Shown: positions 15,433 to 27,875 of the stretch, one piece after another | How the letters are laid out: each line of letters begins with the position of its first letter | Numbering within the stretch: the stretch's first letter is position 1 | NCBI RefSeq assembly: GCF_009914755.1 | Contig: NC_060933.1 | Length of the DNA stretch: 64,000 nucleotides | Reading direction: 5' to 3' (one strand) | Origin: the human T2T-CHM13v2.0 reference genome, Homo sapiens | Translations under genes and position numbers: made by a program | The notes under the pieces: generated by a model | Seen by the model: only the letters and a program-made list of their open reading frames with translations | Told to the model about the DNA's origin: nothing | The model's database searches: none

Positions 15433-18400
15433 TAGTATCCTATTGTCTGCCCCCTTGATTTTGATGCATTAAATGGCCACTAAAATATGACCGAAGCAGT
15501 TTGAAAAATGTCTCCATCTCTATGTTAGTAGAATAACCCAAGGAAAAATCTGATACCCTTAGAGGGAGCAACTGGTCTCACCATAAAATATATGCCCTGG
15601 TCTTCATCCCTAAGAACCACGGACCACACATATATTTTTTCTTCCTAGCTTTGCTTGTTCTTAGAAAAGGGTCTAATAAACACATTCACAGCAAAGTGTA
15701 AACAGCTGAAGAAACTCAGTGTCTTACCTAATTTAGGAACATCAAGTTAAGGGCAGCTGGCCCTGTAAGCAAAATAAATCATCTTATTAATTTTGGAATT
15801 TTAGGTAATCATGAGATCATTGTGCTGTGTTAAGTTCTTCTCAAGGGAGCTTGACTGGAGAATTGGGGCTTTCTGTAATAATGCCCTTCAATTTCTCTCT
15901 GCTGAGAACCCACAATGAAATCTGCAGCCCAGTTTTTCAGAACTGATCACGTGAAGAGTGGCTGCAAGTCTTTAAAGCAATTTTTCAAAATCTGCCGCTC
16001 CATACTTGTATTCATGTTGTTTAAATCTTGGTTTCACTGAATTTCCGTTCTTTCCCAAATAGTATTCTCAGCACTGGAGGCTACAAATTAGATAAGTAGA
16101 AATGGCTTGTTGGGCAAGTTCACATTGGGTAGAGTCTTAAAACTTTGTCCTTCAAATAGAAACATTAGTTTCCGGTATGAATCAGAAAATAAGTTGTTAA
16201 ATATGTGTTACAGAGGTTATGATCTGCTTTACCCAAGACCTGCACTTATCTTTAGTAGAAATCACACTTCTCTGAGACTCTACCTCTGCAAATTTTACCC
16301 CTTACAAAAGTTATTTATTTTAAATAAATCTTTTGCATATCAACTTTCCATCTTCTCTGGCTTCATTTTCTCCTGATTACTTATATCCTATTTTTTTTCC
16401 TATATATATATTTTAAGTGCCTTGACTTTAGGTATTTACCCCAAAGGAATCTCCTGATGTCGTTCCCTGGTCCTTCCATTACCACCCTCAAGGAGTTCAC
16501 CGAAGGGCATAAGATGTTCTTTCATGATGCATTCGTGACAATCCTAGTTTCTAGTAGCTAAAAAGTATCAGTAAATAGACTGTGCTTCAGCCATCTCTCA
16601 GTGGAATTTTAAAAAATGTTATCATGACAATAAGCTCGTGAGTGGGATGATGCTTTGTCACAAGGGAAGTGCTAGCTACAGAGAGTGAGGGGAGCAAGGG
16701 CTCCAGTCTTTGGCCCCGGCTAGGTTCTATGCATGTGCCCAAGGACGGGCGTCATCTGTGCAGTGCTAAGTGTTGACCTGTATGCAGATTCACTGCTGCA
16801 ATCAGCTGGGCTTTGTGCTCTGCCCAAGAGCCACTTTGGCCTGTCTGAAGGAGGCAGCTGTTGTAAATTATAAGTGCAGATCCAGGGGATAATTCTTGGC
16901 TTTCAACATGCTGTGAAGGTTTCAGCAATTAATTTCTTCTGTTCTTCTTACAGCCAAGGATTCTCCTCCACGTCATTCATCTCTTCAGGCAAAAGCCATT
17001 GGTGGCTTCTGAGTTACTTTCTCATTAGGTTTATGATAGGAATTACCTGAGTGTGGATGGCTTGCTCTTGTAGTTCATTTTGCAGATGAATTCTGACTAG
17101 GTAAGGTCTCAGCAGTAACTTAATCAGTCTTAAGCTCCCAAGGCATAGAGTTCAGCATGGTATTTCCATTTGACCCACAAGTACCAGCTTGGCATTTTCA
17201 AATCCAGATGCTGATGCTCAAATCCAACTTGCTGATGCTCTAACCTCCTGAAGTGGCTGGCTTCCCTGTGTGCACTTGGCAACGCTCAAGTAACTTCACT
17301 AGAAGGCCAAACCTGGGCTTTTGTTTCCAACATCTTTCTGATACGTTAATGGGAAGGCAAAAACAAAACAAAACAAACAAACACACACCACCTTTTCCCA
17401 CTGGGAGATGTAACACTTTAACAAAATAGAGTCTGAAAGAGCCCTGGGTCTAGCAAGCCTCCGGGGAGAGGCTGTGAGGGCAGAGGGTGGACTCCGTCCC
17501 TCAGGGTTCTTGTCTAAATCTTAGGCGCTCACAGAGAACTCCGAGGACCAAGATGGAGTCTCTGCAGGATCCACGTAGCATGGCTCTCCTGATCGTGTAT
17601 TTGTTTTCGTTTTTGTATGTAAGCAGGGCTGATAAATTCATGGCATGAATAGTGATTCAGCCCTCCTCTTTTCCCAGATTAGCAGCATTCCTTCATTAGT
17701 GTCTTTGCCAGGCCCACACAGCTGCCACATCAGTGGGCGAAGGAACAGGAAGGCCACAGTCTTTTGGAAACAACTAGAGTAGGGTCAGTGTGGGATGGGG
17801 AAGAGGAGCTGTGTTCAGATGGTCAGTGTTGCTTGGTTCTTAGGAGGCCAGTGTGGAGGTCTTGTGTCCCCTGGGCATGGAAGCCAAAGTTTTCCAGCTC
17901 CCAGAGAGGCATAATTATGAAGTGCTGGCTTGGGAGGATTTCAGGAAGTGGGCCACATTGATCTTGAGTGTTCTTAGTTTTCTTTGTGATTAGGAAGTCA
18001 CATTATAATGGATCATCCACTCTTAGCACACTCCGTGGCACACAGTAGACACTTAATATTTGATGGGGGAAGGAGTGGATGGATGACAAGTGCTCAGCAC
18101 CCCTCATGGTGGTACCCTCCTTTTGTGATTCTACTCACTCTGATTTTCTCCCTTCTTTGGACTCCATAGCAAAATTGCCCTGCTTGCTGTTCTGTTGATG
18201 CTGTAGTGGCCAGCTCATTGGAACAGAATGTGAACAACTCATGCTGTCTGAGCTGTAATAGTAGATAATGAATAATTTAATGTGCTACCCTCAAATGGTT
18301 GTCCACATTTTAATAGGTGACAGGTAACTGGAGACAGAGTAAATAAGGCAGAACTTCACGTCGATCCCAGGGTGCCATTTTCATCAGGAGGGGGTCAAAA

Positions 18401-18849
18401 ACGAAAGATGTCAAAAATGAAAAATTGCTAATGAAATTCTGTGATTTTCCTTAAACAGTGTCACCTAGTGAACTTCCACTTCTTGTTTGGCATGATTTTC
18501 TTCCTGAATAGATTCATAGATGACCTGGAAAAGGCTGTGGACCTGTGAAGTGACTGAGTCACTCTGAGGGAGTGTCTTTATATCTCAGTGCAGGACAAGA
18601 GTTGAGATCTTCGAAATCCTAGCCTGGCCTCGGGCTGTGTTTGGAACCAGAAAGAGCAGGGTCTGGAACTGAGGAACAGATAGGATCACTGCATACATTC
18701 CAGAATGTTTTCAATCAAATAAAATGTGTATGGGCCTGATGAGTCTTGGAAATAATTTACAGCTCTGATAGCCTCCCTTTATGGAAGGCACATGTTGAAC
18801 ACGAAGTCATAACCATCAGTTCTTCAGAGGGAGGGAATGAAGAGGCCAG

Positions 18850-18960
18850 TTCCCTCGTGGCAGGTGTGGAGGGGCTGAGCTCTGGCTAAGACAACTTGCC
18901 CAAGGTCACCCAGCAAATAGCCAAATTGTGCCTTCCCATTCCTAGCCCAGCTTACCATTG
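18850..18960 (-). mobile_element. MIR fragment
   Basis: ggctaagacaacttgcccaaggtcacccagc. Confidence 0.5.
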
Positions 18961-19789
18961 TTCTAGACACCCATTATCCCAATTCAAAAGCAGAGCTGCC
19001 TCTGAGTCAGTCTCCTCACTAGGGCTGTGGGGAATGTGGGTGTCAGCACTCTGGGGTTGCAGAGGCGAGGAAACAATACCAGATATTTTGTAGCAGGTAT
19101 GTGCTGAGTGTTCTTCTCTCACTCTCTGCATTTGGAGCATTCAGCATATAATCCTACAATTAGCTCATTAAAAAATATAAAAACTACTTGCGGGTCACCT
19201 TTAAAACAAAGAGAGAAGCAATTTTGAATTTAGCAATTTTTCATTTTTGACATCTAGCACCACCTCAAGCTCTGCAGTTACAAATAAGCTGATGGGGAAC
19301 GGGTCCTTTTATGCACATTTGAAGAGAAAAGGGTTATACATTATGAATAGAACAAGGATAAAGGAATTGGCTGTGTAGTGCAAGATATTTTGAGTACATT
19401 AATCAGCGCATCTCTTTTACAGCGAGAATCATTTTTAAAAATAGGTATTAAACAGAATGCAAATAATCTGTATGAGGCAAGTCTGCTTGATACGCGATGG
19501 ATGTATGAGGGCAGAGGGAGGATGAGGAAACACAGGGAGCAAGGGATTTAAGAGCGTAAAATAACGCTAAGGGAAGAAATGGCGTTTGGAAGAAGCATCA
19601 AGATGATATTGAATCCTACTTATATAGCTGCAGTGCTTCGTGCATTGCTTCATTTACTCACTCCATGAGCAATAATTAGGGCCTGCCCTGTGCCAGCCCT
19701 GACTCTGCAGAACTTACATTCCAGGGGAGAAGACAGACACCTATTCAGATGGTTTCAACAGGACTTGCTATAATATATGGAAGCCACCT

Positions 19790-20160
19790 CTGTTAGGAAT
19801 GCTTTCCTTTATAAGTAACAGAAAACACTAAATTATAGCATAAATCAATAGAGTTATGTATTTCTAACACAGTAGGAAGTCTGGAAGCAGGCAGCTGCTA
19901 GTATGGGTTTAAGGCCTCAATGACATGAGATCTGGTATCTCTGTGATTTTCTTGGACTCTCCCCCAGTGTTTCAAGATGGCAGCCATAGCTTTAGAGTCA
20001 GATCCACTTTCGGGGTGGAGGAGGGGAAATGCCAGGGATGACCGGATTGGCTTGTTCATCAAGGAAGTAAGAGCCATTCTATGAGCTTCAAGGCAGACTT
20101 TCAGTGACATAAGCCCAAGCCATGTCAAATGCCACCCCCTTCTCCCCATCAGCTGCAAGA
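19790..20160 (-). mobile_element. Old MaLR LTR (MLT1J/K-like)
   Basis: gttaggaatgcttt..aagtaacagaaaacac..aagtctggaagcaggcag..caagatggcagcc. Confidence 0.55.
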
Positions 20161-20178
20161 GGAACCACAAAATGAGAG

Positions 20179-20912
<734 letters not shown>

Positions 20913-20984
20913 ATAGTGGGGTTGAGGAACAGGATTCTCTTAGCCAACCAACATTGTCTGTTAGAGGTGCCAAATTCCCTGGGT

Positions 20985-21755
<771 letters not shown>

Positions 21756-21899
21756 GCTTTCCATGATGATCTTCTCCAGCAAAATGACCCTTTCCCCCAA
21801 AACAGTCACCATATACCCTATTATATTCTGCATTACAGAGTATTGTAGTATTGTTATACTATATTATTATAACACAATAGAGTACAATAACTCACTACA

Positions 21900-22036
21900 T
21901 TATTGACTTTTCTACTTCTCTATTAAAACTCCATGGGGACAGGGACCATGTCTCCAATAATCCTTGTATTCTCAGCACATAGCATGGGGCCTGGCACACA
22001 TTAAAAATTCATTAACAGTTTATTGGATTGAATGTA
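21900..22036 (+). mobile_element. L2 3' end
   Basis: aaactccatggggacagggaccatgtct..tgtattctcagcacatagcatggggcctggcaca. Confidence 0.75.
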
Positions 22037-22148
22037 TGGATTAGAATTGTCATCTCCTGGTAAAGCAAACCCATTTTACATGCAAAGTGATTACCTGTGG
22101 GGACTATAGCACAGCTTGATTCTCACTATAGCAGTTATCTTTCTGATT

Positions 22149-22262
22149 GAAAGAAAGAAAAGAGGAAGGGAAGGAGGAAGGGAGGGAAGAAAGAGAGGAA
22201 GGGAGGGAAGGGAGAAAGGGAGGGAAGGGAGGAAGGGAGGGAAGGGAGGAAGGGAGGGAGGG
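22149..22262. repeat. (GGAA/GGGA)n polypurine tract
   Basis: About 110 nt of purine-only sequence read directly. Confidence 0.95.
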
Positions 22263-22984
22263 TGCGTATACCTGGTTTACCAAATGATGTGGATGAGAAA
22301 GGCAGTGATAGGGAGCTGAATAGGTTCCTGTGTAGACCTTTACTACACATGATTCCAAAAAATCCCAAACTAAAAGGAACAGAAGTCAAATTTTACTTTG
22401 GTTCGGTGAAACTGAAGGGGCCAAAATAGGCCAGGTAAAAACTATGGGTGACTTAGTTGCTTGCACACAGGCTGGATTATTCCTGCATGGGCTAGGGATT
22501 GCTGCCCGGAAGAAGTCCTTTCTGAAACCACAGGAAAGGAAGGGTAACAGAACAGAAAGGAACCACAGGAAAGGCTGCACCTCGTCTTGAGCCATGCCTG
22601 CCAGTCATCTGTAAGAGTTGCTGTTGGATAGCAACAAGTATCCGTTTTCCTTCAGTGATCTGGTAGGGGATGAAAGGCCCTCCTCTAACTCATTACCTTG
22701 ATAATGTTGAAAAAGAAAATCTGATCAAATGTGGCCCTAGGAAAAAGTTAAGTAGGGAGAGAAATGAAACAAATTTTGGAGAGTAACTTGAGAACAGTTT
22801 TTGGTAATTGTGAGAAATGCATCCACAGATCATGAAACTTAGCATGCCAATAAAAACTTAACTCACTTGAACATCTACCAGAAAAAGGATCAAACAGTTA
22901 AAACTGCCTTTAAATCATGTCTTTAATACTTGTAAAGTTGTGTGGCTGTGATAGGGTCTTGGGAGTTCAAAAGAGAGTTTTTCA

Positions 22985-23165
22985 ATAATTTTGAGTATCT
23001 ACTATAAGCCAGGCACTTGACATATTATCTAATTCCTACAAAACACAGAGGCACATATTATTATACTCTTCGTATAGATGATGAAACTGTGGCTTATAAA
23101 GATTAAGTAACCTGTCCTAGGTCACACAGAAAGTGATGGAGCTGGGATTTGGTCTCACTTTTTGT
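22985..23165 (-). mobile_element. MIR SINE
   Basis: ttgagtatctactataagccaggcac..tagatgatgaaactgtggct..gattaagtaacctgtcctaggtcacacag..ggagctgggatttg. Confidence 0.8.
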
Positions 23166-25135
23166 CTGCTTTCAGTGACTGTGAACTTGGCCTGATACTT
23201 TGATGCTTTCTATGCAACTTTCATGGTATTTGTATTTTCTGCATTTCCCCCCATTTACCCATATTCTGTTACTCATGTGATTGCAGATGTTTGATTCTGT
23301 GAGGGGTTAGGTTTTATTCCCAATGAGAGCTTTGGTTGTGATGTTGCATCTTGAATTTTAAACTTTCCTTAAAGGAGAAAAATTGAGATAATTAAGACTT
23401 GTGAATTATTTGAAATGACACATGATTTTTCTTTCTCTGAGGCTTTTGGTATAGTTTAGATGATTTATTGTGTATTTGTCCTTGGAAGTATTTGTTTCAG
23501 GAATAAGTTACCGTTGTTACCTGGCCTGTGGTTTCATTCACCTCTTTTTGCTCTTCATGAAAAACATATGACTCATCTTGGGATTGCTGGAATTGGAGGG
23601 TAAGTAAAAACCCCACGAGGTCCTGGTAAGAGCAGCTGGTTCTTTGATGTTTATCAGGAGTGGACTCGGAGCCTAGAGAAGTGTACATGTGCTCATCAGC
23701 AATCAGACAGGAGTTTCTTATTTCTTTTGGGTGCTGAAATGCAGGATTTCTTGCTGATGATAATAAATGTGGAGTGCACCATCTCAGGCAGCCAGCCTCT
23801 ACAGCTTGCATTGCTGGGCTCTTCATGGTATGATCCAAAGCTTCTTGGGAGAACAGGGGCCTCCGGCCCTAGTGAAGCAACGGACTTCTATGCTTTACCT
23901 TGGAAAACTCCTTCTGTTTGTGCTGTGGTCTATAGACAGTTTCCAGCCTATTGTTGGAGGTAACATCTTACATAGCACCCCCTTTGCCTGTCTTTTGGCA
24001 CAGACTCCTATGTCCCCAATGCACCTTTGCCATTGTCTTCAACCTGAAACCTGAGTGCTAAGGTGGAATTCAGGTTGTCAGAAATCCTTAACCAAAGGCT
24101 TAGGGGAATTTCTTCTGAAGGCTGGGTGTATAGCTGTTGCAGTATTAATTTTGTTGGGTGATTTATTCTGCAGTACTTGGTACTTTCTTTGGTTATGGGG
24201 CTTATTGTATTACTTTAACATTGCTTGTGCAATGTAGTGTGGTGGTAGCTAGAATTTGGCAAGAAATTGATAAACGTGTGCCGAATAAATGTCCCCCTTG
24301 TACAAGTCATTTTTTTTTCCTTCCTTTGTCTCCTTATTTGTTAAATGTAGTAGAGGAGATCTTGTATGTCATCCCTACCGCCAGGTTAGGCATGAAGCAG
24401 GTGGAAGACACATATAGCACAGTGGCTTACTATTTCCAAGCCCTCATGTGGCTGATTTCTAGTTATGGCATTCAACTTTGTCAATAGTCCCATGTGGTAG
24501 GTTTTTATTATCCTCTTTTGTGCTTCCCAAATTTGGAAAAAGCTTTGCTGCACATAGCTTTGTGTCAGCAAGACTTTGGGGACAAATGCCAGCTGGACCA
24601 ACAAAGGGCCAACAGGATTAGTTAGCATGTATGTGAAGTGGAGCCAGGAATTCAGTGGAATGGGGAACAGAGGTGAGTAGGATAAATGTAAGTCTGCCCT
24701 CCACTCCATCCCCAAACTTCCAGTGACTGTCAAGAGATAGTGAGTTTCTCATATTATATAAATGGTGATTTGCTAAAATCTTTTTTTTTTTCTTTTTGAG
24801 CTTTTCTTTAAAACTTTTTTACTGAAAAATAAAGAACAGGGCAGCTCCCAAAGGGGACCTGTATTGGAGTGGAGGAGGGGCGGTTCCAGAAGGAGAGGGG
24901 CAACTAACCAGGCAGATAAACTATCAGTGCCTTCCACCAGCCCATGTGCCTTTAGAAATGAAGAACCTGGCTCCCTACCCTCTCACTGCTTGAAAGCCCC
25001 ATCCACCTGAATAAGGCCCATCCCACTGGCCAGAGTAGTGACTCGGGAGCACCACCACCTTCGAGGGCTACCTGTGCCTATTTGATTTCTTGTATACAAT
25101 AATCTATGTGATTCTGCAGATGACTCTAAAAAAGT

Positions 25136-25473
25136 TTTTTTTTACTTTTAATTTTTTGGGTACATAGTAGGTATATATATTTATGGGGTACATGAGATGT
25201 TTTGATACAGGCATACAATGCATAATAATCACATAATGAAGAATGGGTTATCCATCCCCTCAAGCATTTATCCATTGAGCTGCAAATAATCCAATTATAT
25301 TCTTCGTTTAAAAGTGTAAAGTTAAGTTATTATTGATTATCTTGACTATAGTCACCCTGTTGTGCTATCAAATAGTAGATCTTGTTTACTCTTTCTATTT
25401 TTTTTTGTACCTATTAACCATCCCTACCTCTTTGCAAGGCCCCCACTACCCTTCCCAGCCTCTGAAAACCATC
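25136..25473 (-). mobile_element. L1MA-type LINE-1 3' end, 5'-truncated, with probable 3' transduction
   Basis: tgggtacatagtaggtatatatatttatggggtacatgagatgttttgatacaggcat..gactatagtcaccctgttgtgctatcaaata..cccttcccagcctctg is an L1MA 3' UTR in reverse. Confidence 0.9.
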
Positions 25474-26968
25474 TTGCTAAAATATTAAAAAATAAGATGA
25501 CTGCTAAAAGCTCAAGCAAATTCAGGCAGCTGACATTCGGGTTATAACTAACGTCAATCAGAGAATAAGGCATTACTGTAACTCCAAAGGCATTTTCTTT
25601 CAGGCATGGACAAAGCAACTGAGCAAGCAGGCATGCACAGGTGTGACTGTGACACACGCTACACTATTTTCTTATACGGCTCATGAAAATCTTTTCCAAT
25701 GTTCTCGTGTCACATCCAAAACAACTGTTGTCTTTGGCAAGCCCTGGTTTCTTTTTTGCTATTTAGTTTCTTTTGGTTTGACGGAGAGGAAAAAAATTCA
25801 GAGAGGGATGGTGTGCAACTTCCAGAACCAAAAAGAAACCAAACACCATGTGTAAGTAAATGATGGTTTGAAGAACTGGAAGACTGGAAGCTAAATAAAA
25901 AGAAGGAATGTGCCTATTACAAGCTCCAGTTTAACAAAAACTGTTGCCTTAGGGAAAAAAATCCAATCACCTTCCTAATTATCCTAAGTCTTTTTGAGTG
26001 AAACATACTATTCACATCAGGGGGCCTGTTACTTAACCTTCATCCCCCTTTATTCACCCGGCCTCCTAATCCTGGATTAAATTTCAAATTGATAAAATGC
26101 TTTTGCTAGCCACATTAGTGCAATAAACACAGAACTGTCTGCCATCAGGAGATACTTATATTCTTTTAGAAAAACAAGCAGGAAATGATGAAAACCATTT
26201 GGAAACTGAAGGGAAAAAAGAAATAAATAAAAATAATAAAAATGTATTACTGCAGGCGATCTGTGAACTGGGGTGTTGGGGGGAGGGGGTGGGTAACAAA
26301 AGATTTCTGGCTTTGATTCATACCTTCAGAGAGGTTTCCTTAATGACTGCTCTTTTGTGTCGCCAAAGCCATGCTCATTTATCAGTCTGTGGTTTAATTC
26401 AAACCTATCAGGATGAAAATTCAAGGAGGATGAAGGTTAAGTGACAGACATCCTGACTTGGAAACTACAGAGTTGATAAATGTCTGCAAAACTTAACGGT
26501 AAAGGCTGAGAGGGAAAAATCTCTCTCCAGGAGGCACTAGAAACAAAGAGGTTATTTGAGTGGGGGTTTGTGGAGGTAGGAGAATCTGATTGAAACACAA
26601 GGAACACGTTTTATTTTAACAATGCATTTAATTAATGGTGAGTCAGAGGAAAATTCTGGACTGTGTCTCTCTTATATATCAATGCTGGTAAATTTGAGGT
26701 GGTAAGTATATTGTAGCAAAAAAGCAAAGACATTAATCATGGGAAAACAGGTTTTAACAAAAGAGTTAGTAAGATGTCTTTAGCAGTGTTGTTTTGCCAG
26801 TCACTTTGTTCTCATTTGTACCTTTTCTTTTCTGACCTCAGGATGCTCGGTGGGCCTCACCGAGCATCTCCCTTTCTCAAATGTATGCATTCTCTCCTCT
26901 CCAAAGTGCCCCTTGTCTAGTTAAGCTGGTTGATCTTGCCACATAGTACAATGTCTGGCATGTAGTAG

Positions 26969-27593
26969 TGAGGCAGGAGAATAGGGTCTAGAGGCAGGGA
27001 ACCTAAGGCTGATTCACGGTGACTTCCTAGCACTAAATCAAAAGGAAAACCCCAACTTTCTACGCCCAAGTAACAAAAGGACCAGAGGCTACTCCCTTTG
27101 CAACCTCCCCCCTTTTCTGAGTGGTAGATGAAAAATTGAAAGTACCTCTGATTCGTCCCCCACCACAACCAATCAGACTGATTGCAGACCAAGTCTTTGT
27201 TTGCATAGGAATGTAACTTCATAACTTCACTTCAGCTACAACTAATCAGATGTTTGCATAGGGTGTAACTTTGTAACTTTGCTTTAGCCTATGATTGGTC
27301 CCCTCCTACAATCAATTAGACTGATGGTGGGCCACTACTTCATTTACATAGGGTGTACACCAGGTAACCAATGGGAAACCTCTAGAGGGTATTTAAACCC
27401 CAGAAAATTCTGTAACTGGGCCCTTGAGCTGCTGCTTGCGGGCTCCCACAATGTGGAGTGTACTTTCTTTTTCTATACATCTCCGCTTTTGTTGCTTAAT
27501 TCTTTCTTTGCTTTGCTGTGTATTTTGTCCAATTCTTTGTTCAAAATGCCAAGAACCTGGACAACTTGCAGTCAACACCCTCTACCAGTAACA
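26969..27593 (+). mobile_element. MER51A/B-like ERV1 solo LTR inserted in an L2 3' end
   Basis: TGAGGCAGGAGAATAGGGTCT.GAGGCAGGGAACCTAAGGC..TAACA; TG...CA ends; 4-bp TSD GTAG at 26965-26968 and 27594-27597; the flanks rejoin to L2 ctggcatgtagtaggtgctcaataaatgtttg. Confidence 0.9.
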
Positions 27594-27704
27594 GTAGGTG
27601 CTCAATAAATGTTTGTTTAATTGAGTCAAATTGTATTTGGAGCTGCCTTTGGTATGTTGCACATCCAAGAGACCTCTTTTACCATCCCTGTCTACTAAAC
27701 TTGG

Positions 27705-27875
27705 TGTGGCAGTTAAGAGCTTGACTCTGGAATCAAACTAGTGTGATCTCAGCTAAGTTACTTAACCTTTCTGGCTCTATTTTCTCCATTTGTAAAGTGA
27801 GGTTACAACACTGCCTACCTTATAAGGTTGTTATGAAGATAAATTGAGTTCATATGTATAAAAGTTCTTAGAAAG
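27705..27875 (+). mobile_element. MIR SINE
   Basis: gttaagagcttgactctggaatcaaac..aagttacttaacctttctg..catttgtaaagtgagg..aggttgttatgaagataaattgag. Confidence 0.8.

Noticed and set aside
24810-25138. 12-bp inverted repeat AAAACTTTTTTA/TAAAAAAGTTTT flanking the transduced segment
   Set aside because: Low complexity and overlapping an A/T tail; insufficient to claim an inversion.
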